DNA from: Octopus vulgaris
Lineage: Eukaryota
Direction of reading: 5' to 3'
DNA length: 64,000 nucleotides
NCBI GenBank assembly: GCA_951406725.2
Contig: OX597820.1
Location: 110,856,001-110,920,000 of the forward strand
Under the pieces are notes generated by a model that saw only the letters and a program-made list of their open reading frames with translations, was not told where the DNA came from and did no database searches. Positions 1-11,605 of the stretch are shown here, piece after piece (the stretch's first letter is position 1; every line of letters begins with the position of its first letter). A program made the position numbers and the translations under genes.

Positions 1-252
1 CAGAATTCTTCTCTCGACCTTGCTGACGTAGTCCAAAGGAGTATTACGTTTGGCACCAGCTTGGTTGCAGGAGCTGCCAGAAGAGTGTCGAGTCGAACAC
101 TAAACTGCTTACGGGGCTCCACTCCGGAATTCTTTGAAGGTTGTTTCCTTTCCGTAACCCTGGATAGGGGCCGATACCGGGTATTGTAAGCCAGAGCCAG
201 CTGAGCCCGGGACTCGTGTCAGGCAGGGTCGTCACTCCCTGAATTAGTGAAG
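1..252 (-). mobile_element. Probable 5' UTR of an RTE-clade LINE (continues beyond window start)
   Basis: Minus strand reads ...AATTCCGGAGTGGAGCCCCGTAAGCAGTT...CTGGCAGCTCCTGCAACCAAGCTGGTGCCAAAC...CCTTTGGAC, resembling RTE/AviRTE-type 5' regions as I recall them; ends at (TA)n. No coding evidence in the window. Confidence 0.4.
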
Positions 253-255
253 TAG

Positions 256-364
256 TATATATATATAAATATATATATACACATGCATACATACATACAT
301 ACATACATACATACATACATACATACATACATACATACATACATACATACATACATACATACAT

Positions 365-409
<45 letters not shown>

Positions 410-503
410 CATACATACACACACACAAACACACACTCACATATATATATACATATACATACATATACATATATACATATATACATATATACATATATAC
501 ATA

Positions 504-542
<39 letters not shown>

Positions 543-660
543 ATATATATATATATATATATATACATACACATACACACATACACACACAGACACACAT
601 ATATATATATGTGTATATATATATATGTATATATACATATATACATATACATATATATAT
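256..660. repeat. Compound (TA)n/(TACA)n/(TATC)n microsatellite (representative of dozens in the window)
   Basis: Directly visible; source of the spurious MYVC/YIYI ORFs. Confidence 0.95.
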
Positions 661-767
661 AACTTAGATAACTTAGATATGTTTCGACCAGAGATTGGTC
701 CAGGCCATGTCTAACTTAATAGCACCACCTGATAGGATTATTCGAATCCTGTTTAAGTCAAGTTTTG

Positions 768-815
<48 letters not shown>

Positions 816-835
816 TTAAATCCTTAAAAATGTTT

Positions 836-2295
836 TAGCCCGAAGGCCGCGGCCATGCTGGGGCACCACCGCTGAATGAGCTACACTAATTTGTGAATCC
901 ACCTCTGATACGTGGCACTTGATCAACAAGGGAGTTCGATGCTGCTGCCCGCATCCGCGTCTCCTGTCGTGAGGTAGGCTCATCTGGGACTCCCAACAAG
1001 AAGAGATCCAGTTTAGTTTTAAAGAAACCCACATCCACACCATGTAAGTCTCTCAGGCATTTAGGGAGGATGTTAAAGAGCTGTGGTCCTCTGAAACCCA
1101 AGCTGTTGCAGTATCTGGACCTGTATTTTGATGGTGATGTTGGAATCCTTGGCACCATGCAGTGGCGCCCCGTTCTGCGGTTGGAGTAACTTTGAATGCC
1201 AAAGTTTGGGACAAGACCCTCCAGGATTTTCCAGATGTATATCACCGCATATCTCTCCCGCCTCCGCTCTAGGGAGAAGAGGTTTAATACCTTTAGTCTT
1301 TCCCAGTAGCTGATATTTTGCATTGAGACGATTTTCTTTGTGTAGCTTCTCTGAATTGCTTCGAGTTCTGCTGTTAGTTTTATATTGTGTGGTGACCAAA
1401 GTTGGGAGCAGTAGTCCAAGCGGCTGAGGACGAATGTTTTCCATAGGACCATCAGTGTCTCCTTCTCTCTTGTTCTGAAAGTTCGGAGAATCCATCCAGC
1501 TAGCCATCTGCATTTTATCACCAGATTAGCAATATGCACTTGGAAAGATGTATCATTGCTCATGTCAATGCCCAGGTCACGCACTGATTTTGACTCAGGG
1601 ATTGCGATTCTTCCTGGGCCAGTGTATCCAGTCTTCACGTCATTTACCTTTGTGTGCCAGTAACGCAGGGCCTGGAACTTACCTGCATTAAACTGCATGT
1701 TGTTGTCCTCAGCCCACCTGTATATTGTGTCCAGCTCATGTTGCAGATGCGCAATATGTTCAGGGGTTTGTATTGCAGGGGAGACTTTTGTGTCATCTGC
1801 ATAGCTAGCAAGGGTGGTCATCGTAGCAACTGAAGGCATGTCTGAAAGGGCCACTATGAACAGCAGTGGCCCCAAGACAGTGCCCTGTGGGACACCGCTT
1901 GTTATTTGCGTTTCCTTGGAGGTGGCTCCATTGCTCACAACTGCCTGTTTTCTGTCTTTTAGGAAGTTGTGCAGCCACTCTCCAAGTTTTCCGCCTATGC
2001 CGAGACCACGCAGTTTGTGACAGATCATACCATGGTCGACTTTATCAAAGGCTTTTGCAAAGTCGAGATATATTACATCCACATTTGAGCCATTTAGTAG
2101 CTGTTTCAACACCCAGTCATAGTGTTGCAGGAGCTGTGTTAGGCAGCCTCTACCTGGTCGAAATCCATGCTGGGTGTCTGACAGCAAGTCATTTTCTTCA
2201 AGGAACATGATTAGTTTCTTACTGACTATTCGTTCCATGACTTTGCTGATGTGTGAGGTCAGAGAGATAGGCCTATAATGTTTAGCATCTGCTCT
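836..2295 (-). mobile_element. 5'-truncated CR1/L2-group LINE with 3' tail, flanked by (TA)n
   Basis: Contains ORF 886-2238; 3' tail GGTGGTGCCCCAGCATGGCCGCGGCC; TA repeats on both sides. Confidence 0.9.
886..2238 (-). CDS. Non-LTR reverse transcriptase (CR1/L2-group ORF2, C-terminal 450 aa, uninterrupted)
   Basis: QHGFRPGRGCLTQL, YLDFAKAFDKVDH, SGVPQGTVLGPLLF, YADDTK and SLERRRER motifs. Confidence 0.9.
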   Translation of the reverse strand: MERIVSKKLIMFLEENDLLSDTQHGFRPGRGCLTQLLQHYDWVLKQLLNGSNVDVIYLDFAKAFDKVDHGMICHKLRGLGIGGKLGEWLHNFLKDRKQAVVSNGATSKETQITSGVPQGTVLGPLLFIVALSDMPSVATMTTLASYADDTKVSPAIQTPEHIAHLQHELDTIYRWAEDNNMQFNAGKFQALRYWHTKVNDVKTGYTGPGRIAIPESKSVRDLGIDMSNDTSFQVHIANLVIKCRWLAGWILRTFRTREKETLMVLWKTFVLSRLDYCSQLWSPHNIKLTAELEAIQRSYTKKIVSMQNISYWERLKVLNLFSLERRRERYAVIYIWKILEGLVPNFGIQSYSNRRTGRHCMVPRIPTSPSKYRSRYCNSLGFRGPQLFNILPKCLRDLHGVDVGFFKTKLDLFLLGVPDEPTSRQETRMRAAASNSLVDQVPRIRGGFTN

Positions 2296-2536
2296 GCTAC
2301 CTCCCTATATATATATAGGTATATACATATATAATACATACATACATACATATATATATAAATAAATATATGCATAAATACATAAATATATACATATACA
2401 TACATACATATACATATATATATATATATACATGTATATATATACTCATACATAGAAGTATATATAAATGAATGTACAGATATATATATTTATACATATG
2501 TATATGTATATGTATATGTATATTTATATCTGTTTA

Positions 2537-2653
<117 letters not shown>

Positions 2654-2665
2654 CATATATATGTA

Positions 2666-2702
<37 letters not shown>

Positions 2703-4095
2703 ATCTATATATATAAATGCACTCACATACATACCAATGTACAAAAACGATGCCTTTCGTCCTGACTCACACGAACACACGCGATATATGCGCGTCCATC
2801 AAACAAGCATGTTTTCATAGGTGAAAGAAGCGCGGAAAGAATTCTCACTTTATGCACAATTACATATATAACTAATTAGCAATTAGCTTCTTCTCATCAC
2901 AATTACAGTAATATGAAAATGATGTGATACACATGCATGCATACATACATGCATACATATATACATACATGCATGCATGCATACATACATACATACATAC
3001 ATACATACATACATACATACATACATACATGCATACATACACACATACATGCATACATACATACATGCATGTATACACATACATACATTCACATACACAC
3101 ATGTATATGTTGTGTGTGTGTGTGTGTGTGTGTGTGTACGTGCGCGTGTGTTATGTAAATGTACATGTATGTGTATGTATATATGTAATTGAACATGTTT
3201 TTCAAGAGTGGATGTATAACACGTTCAGATCCCATGTCCTATTTCTTGGTCACCACACCTGGAATTACTATGACGTAGGCGAAAATATCTCATTAGATGA
3301 GACGCGTTCCTAATTAGAATTTGCATCGGAAATAAATTGAAATTGTGTAGCTTCTAAATTACATACACACGCACACAGATATATATATATATACATGCAA
3401 ACATGCATATATACATACGCACATACTTGTACACATAGACATTATTTATATTCACATATAAAGAAGTACGCGCGCGCGCACACACACACACAAACAGACA
3501 CACACACATATATACATGTATGTGTATGTGTGTGTTTTGTTTATTTTGTCTATGCACTTATTAACTGTAGGATTACCGCAGGGTAAAGTCCCTTTAAGAC
3601 GTCGAGTGTTATAAAACACTGAATACTTCAAAACAGGGGAGCCAGCTCGCCCCGTAGGTGAAGGAGAACGATGGATATCAATACTTCGCTGTTATTTCAG
3701 CTTATCGGCATTGTATACCCGAGTCATATTGAAACGAATTGGTGCTGCTAGTTTGAGGTATATATGCAAATATAGTAGAAGTAAAATGTGTTTTTTTTAT
3801 ATCTATTACGTCTTGTTTATATACAAAAATATAATTTAACATTAAACTGATAAATTATCTTATTTTTTAATAGATTACATGTTTATTAAACTGTTAAAAG
3901 AAGTGGAAGGATTTTAAATTGGAAGTTTCGGCCTCTTAGCCTTCGTCCAACAGAAAACTACAAAAGCTACTCGGGGCACGCGTGTTTCGTGCATGACACA
4001 TAATGGGAGACACTGGTTAAGAATTGTTTTGAGTTTTATTTCTAGCAATGTTGGCACTTACTAGCACCCTCCGTCATTTTAGTGACGATTAAACT

Positions 4096-4138
<43 letters not shown>

Positions 4139-4159
4139 ATAATAGGAATAATAATACTC

Positions 4160-4413
4160 GGATGGAATTTTACAAATATTCTAATGCACTGCTACGCGTG
4201 TTTGTACGAATCAAGTTTCTTAAGATTATAGTTCGTATTCCTGAGATGATTACCGTGCCCCAGCATGAATGCACGATCAAGATCTACCCAATGTCCATGG
4301 ATTCTACGTACTGCACTTTAATTGTACCAGGAATACGGACTATGATCTTAAGAAACAAGTGATTTGTGGAAACACGCGTAGTGATGCATTTAAAATATTT
4401 ATGAATTCTATCC
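4160..4413. repeat. Imperfect inverted repeat (~85-bp arms 4160-4243 / 4328-4413) next to (TA)n
   Basis: Left GGATGGAATT...GTATTCCTG matches the reverse complement of right CAGGAATAC...AATTCTATCC. Confidence 0.85.
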
Positions 4414-4479
4414 AAGGATTATTGTTATTATTTATTGTCTTTGCACAGCTTCTAACACTGGAGATGTACTACGGTGCCA

Positions 4480-4940
4480 GCTAATAACTAACAGTGGACT
4501 AAGGTAACACTCCTTATTTTCCGAGCACCTTCCTGAGTATTCGAGCGGTTACAAGCAGTACTGTTTTCTGCAAGTGCTCCACCCTTATTGCAGCCCCTAT
4601 TCGTTTCATGTACTTCTCAAGATTTTTACTCACTGTTCCCAGGGCTCAGACAATTATTGGTACTACTACCACCTTTTTCATCGATCACAACTGCTTAACC
4701 TCTCAAGCTAACCTATCATATCTCTCGACTTTTCTTTCTTCTTTATCGCATACCTTGTTGTCAGCTGGGCATGCTATATCTATGATCCAGAATCGTTTGC
4801 TTTATTTCTCAATTAACACTATGACTGGCTTCCTATTTTTCTATCTCATGGTCGCATGAATCATAAAATCCTATAGGATCTTTGCATTATCATTTTCGAT
4901 GATGCCTTCGGGTTTATTTTCGTACCACTTTTTTGCCGAT
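4480..4940 (-). mobile_element. Degenerate 3' fragment of an R4/Dong-type (RLE) LINE abutting (TAA)n
   Basis: Minus strand gives KWYENKPEGIIENDNAKIL, IDIACPADNKV and VPIIVxALG-like segments with stops. Confidence 0.7.
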
Positions 4941-6079
4941 TATTATTATTATTATTATTGTTGTTGTTGTTGTTGTTGTTGTTATTATTACTATATTTAT
5001 TCTACATTGTATTGTCACAGCTCGGCGCGACTCCTCCAAAACTGGTATCACCATATATACATAAACTAAACCTCAAAAGAAACATTGCACACATTCTAAA
5101 TAGAAACCGTTTATTAACAGACTGCCATAGAATTGCTTGACGTTCTTTCCTAATGACAAAACATCATTTCCTGAAACATATTTGACGTTGCATGGTGTCA
5201 CGTGATGACGGAATGTTCTGGATCCAAAGCGATGAACTCAATATCTCGGGTGACCACCGTTAGCGTTGATTACCACCAGACATCTTTTGTACATTGGATG
5301 CATCAAGCGATTGATGAATGCATGCTTGCTACGTTCAGGAAACGAATTTATTTTATTTTGACCACATAAGTCTTGCATAAAGGGTACAACACAAGGACAG
5401 ACAAAAGCAGTGTGTTGTGCTGCAGTTGTCGGCCTTGAACGGATGTCATTTAGCCTTCTTTTAATTTCGTCCTACAGGTGCTCTATGGGTTGCATGTCAG
5501 GGAAGGCTATGGTAGTGTCTGGATGTTATACTGTTGGAGTAAGTCTGTTGTCAACTTGGCAGTATGGGCACGGGTGTTGTCGTGCTGGAACACGTAATTC
5601 CAATGACGGAAAAAGTATGACACTATGTGAAGCCTCAAAACTTGGTCGATGTAGCGAGTAGTGATTCCTCCATTGCCCCGGCCTTGGCCGATGTTTTGAA
5701 AGACCACTGGTCCAAGTTTCTGGTTGAGTGCAATCCCGCCCCATACCATGACGCTCTGTCCTCCCCATGAGTCTCTCTCCGCCACACAGATAGCTCCACA
5801 GAAATGCAATATCAACTTTCGTCAGAGAAGACTACAGTCCCCCACTGCTGATACCACCAGTTTCGATGTTTCTGAGCCCACTACAGATGTACTCGTCGAT
5901 GACGATCTGTGAGGATGGAGCCCCTAACCGGACGTCGACAAGACAAATTGAAAGATCTCAGCCGGCGGTGAACTGTCTCTGCACAAATTGGTCTGTGGTG
6001 AGTCCATATGGTCTGCCTAGCTGATTCCGTGGTCGTTGATCAGCTTGGCTTGCCCCTTCTGATTTCATGTCAGTCTTGG

Positions 6080-7965
6080 CATGCTTGCTACGTTCAGAAA
6101 ACGAATTTATTATATTTTGACCACATATGTCTTGCATAGAGGGGATAACACAAGGACAGACAAAACACGTAAGTGGGAAAAAAGTAAAAAACGAATGGGA
6201 AAATGGTAATGATTAATGAAAATGGAACGACGGCTGCCCGAAACCCCATCTTCCGAGCGAACACATTAAACTTATTTTATACCAATTTTTTCACTGGGAC
6301 TTTTAATTCTTTTAGTCGTAATTTAAAGTGGTGATGCTTGAGGGCTCTCGAGATCCCTCATCCCGGGCGACCGCATTACTTACACCACCTTACCAGTTAC
6401 GACTTTCTTTTCCCCTTTTGTTTCCCTTTTGTCCGGTATTCCCTCGTCAACTTTCGATAAGTTCTTTGAAGTCTCAGTACTACAAACAGTGGCACAACTT
6501 TTGTCACAGGGTGGGGACTGGGGGGATTTGTAACTTTTGTCTGTTAATAAATATTTTTGTATGGATGCAGTTGGGTTCAGTATTGGGTAGGGTTAGGCGG
6601 AGGTTGGTGTCTGAGGGGTAGGGCGGGACAAAATGAGGCAGGGTGGTATCGGGGTGGCAAGAGGATGAGAGTCTTCATTTCCTTCGCTCCCCATATCCAA
6701 TAACCTTCCAAAAGATTTCTTTAGGGTTGAGATCGGGACAATGAGGTGACCAGTCCATGAGGTCAACCCCCTCATCACTCAAAAGATCTTTGGCTCTCTT
6801 CGCAGTGTGACAGGGAGCGTTGACCTGCACGAAGATAGGAGGTTGAACTGACTAAGATTGGAGATGTGGAAAGGCATGCTGTCTAAGAATCTTTCTCCTT
6901 TTCCTATTTCTCTTTACCATTTTCCATGATTCCTCCGCTTCATCGTCCGATTCATGACTGTTCTCTACTGCTCTCTCCCTCTGGCTATGACTCTGACTCC
7001 AACATGGGTAGATATGCGGTCCTCACTAGTACTGGTACTTTTGCAGGGGGTGGAGGGCAATCCGTCTTTATGTGGCCTTTGCGGCCACATTTAAAGCATC
7101 TTGGCTTCCTGCCCTCCACCATCACCCTTAGTCTTCTCTCTTTCCAAGGCTTTGCCCTAGCCAGTTCCAGGTGGGAACTCTCTCGACCTGGAGGATTGTC
7201 ACCTTCTCTTCCAGGTCTAATATCATCGCTACAATCAGCCAGGCCACCTCCACTTCCGATGGTATTTCCTTCACTCTCACCCTAGAAGCACGCTTTCCAA
7301 AGTAAGAAAGAAGGGGGATAATTTTGTCCGAAGGCAAGGTGGCCACGGAGTGTTGCCTGGCATTTACCTCAGTGGAAAATCTTACCTCCACTGTTGCATA
7401 TTACCTCAACTGTTGCATATTTGGTACCCCTAGCTAGGTAAGATATATCCGACCAGATAGGTGCCAATCACTCTTTCACTTATATTTTATCTACTACGTC
7501 GATTTTCTTTTCTTTCATACTGTAAGTCTTAAAAATTACAGTTCTTCTTTCAGTACACTGTGATACTTCGCTGGGAGACCAATCCTTCTTCATAAAAGCA
7601 GTGTATTTTTTCAGGTTTTGAAAACTCATCTTTTCCTTCGCTACGCTTTTTTCCTCGTTATCCTTTTCTTTCTCCTTCGCCAACTCCTCCACCATGCTGA
7701 TTACCCACCTTAATAATTCTTCCTCTGATGTATCTATGTCTGACATTAACATAACAACGTTTCCCCCTTCAATCAAAGGGGCAACGGTAACAAGTCCGCC
7801 ACAAGCAGACAACAAGGTGTTTAAACACATACAACAATAGTTCAATAATTTTCAACAATTTCAACAATTTGCAATACTTAATAAAAGGTAAAAATGCTAC
7901 TAACCGTAATAATCAGCACAAAAGTGAGGTGAAGGAATGAGAAGCTGGTAAATTTGGGTGCCTTT
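6080..7965 (-). mobile_element. Tx1/L1-like element carrying ORF1 (gag-like CCHC knuckle) and 3' tail but no RT
   Basis: Broken ORFs 7480-7845 and 7128-7391, followed by VEGRKPRCFKCGRKGHIKTDCPPP (~7130-7050); 3' tail TTGTCTGTCCTTGTGTTATCCCCTCT...AATAAA. Confidence 0.65.
6690..6893 (-). mobile_element. Fragment of the same Tc1 family as 9091-10630
   Basis: Closely similar to ~9490-9690 (CATCACTCAAAAGATCTTTG...GCACGAAGATAGGAG...CATGCTGTCTAAGAATCT). Confidence 0.85.
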
Positions 7966-8242
7966 TACACACAATGAGTCAACAATTTGAATGTGTATCA
8001 TGCTTTTCATAAAGATGCGTTCGCGAGTATTAACATGTTCACGAAAAGTGAGCGAGTTCCAACCCTACATGCAATCTTTGTGTTTTCAAAAGGGAGTGGT
8101 TTTGTGGGTCGGTGACACCTTCTTGATGTCAAATTACCTAGAAATGTGATAAAATCCATATAACCTCAATATCGTGTGTGAATCAAATAATCTTTTGCAG
8201 TGCGATGTTTCTTTTGTAGTTCAGTATATATATATATGAGAT

Positions 8243-8314
8243 GGCCAGATAACCGATGAGATAGCGTTGTGGATTTCCACCTCGGCATCCGAAACTCAGA
8301 ATTTTATCTTGGCT
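8243..8314 (+). ncRNA. Degenerate type-I hammerhead-like motif
   Basis: GGCCAGATAA-CCGATGA-stem II (GTGGA TT TCCAC hairpin)-GAAAC-TCAGAATT-TTATCTTGGCT; the homologous half-copy at 48706-48756 (minus) has canonical CTGAAGA. Confidence 0.45.
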
Positions 8315-8410
8315 ACTGAGTAATTGTCACATATTATTTTACAGATAAATTTCCTCTATTTACATAATATTGAGGTCTCTTTCTTTCTTTTGTTATCTTA
8401 CCGTTTTTAT

Positions 8411-8466
<56 letters not shown>

Positions 8467-8520
8467 CAGAATGAGATAAAAATCCATGGCTGTAAAATAT
8501 TTCAGAACATTTATAAAGAG

Positions 8521-8568
8521 GTCTTACAGCTGTTTCCGGGATATTTTATATATCCCTTCGTCGGAGAC
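8521..8568 (-). ncRNA. Type-I hammerhead-like motif (U4C variant)
   Basis: rc: GTCT-CCGACGA-A-GGGATAT-ATAAA-ATATCCC-G-GAAAC-AGCT-GTA-AGAC; stems I and II pair, stem III palindrome ACAGCTGT. Confidence 0.65.
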
Positions 8569-9090
8569 GGTGTGAGAAAATGGTTAAGCAATAGTTATTC
8601 TAGAGAAGATATGAAATAAAGAGTGAAGTGGAGGAATGAAAACAGATGTGAGATATGCGGGGATATTGCATCAGCAGTTTCATTATTTAGGCAGAATGGT
8701 ATACATATAATTTTCCTGTACCTTGTGTATAAGTTCCAATAGTATTTAAAATTTGTCATTCCAAGTATAGAGTTTGTACAAGGTGTTACTGAATCGAAGT
8801 TTTTTTTTAAGTGACTTAAAAGTTGGGAATGTGTTTGTAAAGTCAAATCAGAAACAGGAAGAGAAGAAAAATGGCGGGGAGAGAGATAATAAAGAAATGA
8901 AGAGAGGGAAAGTGTACTGGGAAGTCGTCAGTCAAGATAAATTGATAGAAGGAATGGGGAGGTTAGGATGATAGAGAGAGAAAAAGATATGAGAGTGTAA
9001 AAAGATGAGAGGGTAAAGAGTAAAGGAGTGTCAGGTGTGTAGTGATAGAGCCTAAGTGAAGGGCAGTAAAATGGTGGAATGAAGAATTTA

Positions 9091-10630
9091 AGGGTCAGTA
9101 AGAACAAGTGTATTGAAATATTTATTATAGAAGATTATCAAAACTTTGAGACTAGATATTTTACATATATTTAGATATATCTAATATCTAGCTTTCGTAA
9201 AAATTTCAAGTGATTGGAATAGATATTCCGTAAGTTATGAGGAGATAAATAATCTTCCAAACTGCGACGGCCAAAAGTTGAGGGTCCAATGAAAAATGGA
9301 ACAAAAACAAAAAAGAAACCCTTACTATTAATATTTTGTGAATATCCCTTTACTATGAATGACTTCCTGACATCTGTTACCACAAGACTGAATTAATTTC
9401 TTGAAAAAGGATGGAGTAATATTGTTCCATTCGTTTCTCAATAATTCCCAGAGTTCATGTTGTTCTTTTTTAATTCTCCTTTCTGCCCCATCTCCAATAA
9501 CCTTCAAAACGTTTTCTACAGGGTTGAGATCGGAACTTTGAGGTGAGCAGTCCATAAGATCAACCCCTTCATCACTCAAAAGATCTTTGACTCTCTTCGC
9601 AGTGTGACAGGGAGCGTAAACCTGCACGAAGATAGGAGATTGAACTGACTAGGATTGGAGATGTGGAAGGACATGCTGTCTAAGAATCTGCTTGTAGATG
9701 TCAGCATTGACAGTCCCTTGTAGGTGAATAAGTGAACCAGGACCAGCAGCAGAGATCACTCCCCATACCATTACACTGCCTCCTCCATATTTCACAGTCT
9801 TCTTCACACATGCCACTTCTTCGTCGGACGTACATCTCGCCATCGGAACCAATCACATTAAACTTCCATTCACCGCTAAAATGAACCTGCGACCACTGTT
9901 CTTCTGTTCAAACGACATGTTCGTGAGCTAAACGAAGACAGGCACTTTGATTCTTCTTGGAGATCAGAGGCTTTTTGCCGGTGTCCGAGAAAACAGTCCA
10001 GAACCTCGTAACCTCCGAGAAACTGTTTTGCACGATACGTTGACTTCAGAAGTGGAATTAAATTCGCGGGATATCTCAGCAGCACTCTTAAACCTTTTCT
10101 TCAGTGACATTCTAACCATAATACGATCCTGTCTTGGTGAAGTTTTATGAGGTCTACCGGTTATGGGTTTAGCATCTGTCGATCCTGAAGACTTAAAATA
10201 AGCTACAATACTTCTAAACCTTTCTACAATAGTTGCTATCACAGAATTTGACTTGCCCTCTTGGTGAAGGCACACAATCCTTTGTTTTTCATCACTGGGC
10301 ACCAATTATCTCTCACAAGCCGCCATGTTGACAAATGAATGCTCCAATAATGTAAGATCATAAGAAGTAACTGTTAGCCCACTAACTGTCTTCTAAACAA
10401 CAAATACTTCGAGTAGTAGTTAATTTTTTTCTAAGTGACCCTTAACTTTTGGCCGCTGCAATTTAGAAGATTGTTTGTTTATTTCCTCGAAATATTTACG
10501 AAATATTTATTTCATTCACTTGAAATTTTCACGAAAGATAGATATTGGATATATGTATAAAATATTTAATCTCAACGTGTTGTTAATGTTCTATGGTAAC
10601 TATTTCAATACACTTGTTCTTACTTACCCT
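9091..10630 (-). mobile_element. Tc1-family transposon with ~200-bp imperfect TIRs and TA TSD (pseudogenised transposase)
   Basis: TA|AGGGTCAGTAAGAACAAGTG ... CACTTGTTCTTACTTACCCT|TA; fragments TGRPHKTSPRQDR, TVKYGGGSVMVWG, SPQSSDLNPVENV. Confidence 0.9.
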
Positions 10631-10769
10631 TATATTACTGCCGCTACTGCATATGTATGTCTCTTCTATCTTTTAATTATTATAAATCTTCCACTGAGGA
10701 GGGAGCCGGTTTCCAACAAAGATACAAGGCTCCATCTTTGGGATGTAGTTAACACAGATAAATTCACAT

Positions 10770-11605
10770 TTGGAACTTGAGAAAAGTCTTGCATATTTTT
10801 GCTGTTCCACTCACAGATTGGATTTGTAATGTACGAATGAGACGGTCAATTTCTCTTTCAGAAAATCCCAGTTTATCCAGATTCTTCTTTCAGCATTTAC
10901 TAACAAAACCTAGTGCTCCAATTATTATTAGTATGAATATAAATTCATAATCTGAATATAGAAGCTGGAGGTTTCGAAGCAGTTGTCCATAGATATCCTC
11001 TTTTTCTTTGATGTTCAAAGAGATATTTGTATCTGCAGGGCAGCTAACCTCTATGATGGTACATACCTTTGCCCCTCTGTCCCAAACAACAATATCCGGC
11101 CTGTTACGCTTACATTTGGCAGAAGTTTTGGTGGGAATATTCCACTAGTATTCCTAGAGTTGGTTTTTATGAATGTATTCTCTAACAGAAGGATTTTCTA
11201 AGTTTATTTCAAGACAGTCTTTTTTGCGGATGGCATTGTAAATTATTTTAGCAACAACATCGTGCCGCACAGGGAGGCAGTACCATGACGACATTTTAGG
11301 ACAGCTGCTAATCACATTCGTGATGTCTTCCACAGTAACATGACAGCCTACACATGCGGTTGCACCTGGAACTACAAGAGCGTCACTGTGTCTTTTGTTC
11401 ACCAGGTACTTTGTGGAAATCTCCTGTTCATGGGTTGCAAGCGCACACCCCTCAAAGTGTGATGTGATGTAGTAGTCTTGTGTCCAAGAGAGGCTGCGCT
11501 TCGTGACAATTCTACTGTCTTCTTCAAGCTTCCGGGCAACATACCCATGCATGGTCTTTTTTTTTTTTTGTAAGCTGAGTGCTTTCCATCCAGATCTTCT
11601 CTGAT
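10770..11605 (-). mobile_element. 3' fragment of an RLE-type (R4/Dong-related) LINE
   Basis: VEDITNVISSCPKM...RHDVVAK, then RNRPDIVVWD...IIEVSCPADTNI...IIIGALG. Confidence 0.75.

Larger units (their letters stand above)
5062..8228 (-). mobile_element. Tc1-family DNA transposon (defective), interrupted by a Tx1-like element
   Basis: Imperfect TIRs TAAACTAAACCTCAAAAGAAACATTGCAC (5062) and rc TATACTGAACTACAAAAGAAACATCGCAC (8228); transposase GGQSVMVWGGI, FQHDNTRAHTA, NPIEHL, C-terminal NANGGHPRY; start MPRLT at ~6082. Confidence 0.8.

Noticed and set aside
219-714. [12 protein letters not shown] and poly-I/N/Y ORFs here and throughout the window
   Set aside because: Translations of stop-free microsatellites, not genes.
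672-715. rc GACCA-ATCTC-TGGTC-GAAAC-ATAT hairpin resembling a hammerhead stem II
   Set aside because: No CUGANGA core and no NUH/stem I.
3918-3956. rc TTGGACGAAGGCTAAGAGGCCGAAACTTCCAA hammerhead-like motif
   Set aside because: Core and stem III both deviate; at most a decayed PLE motif.
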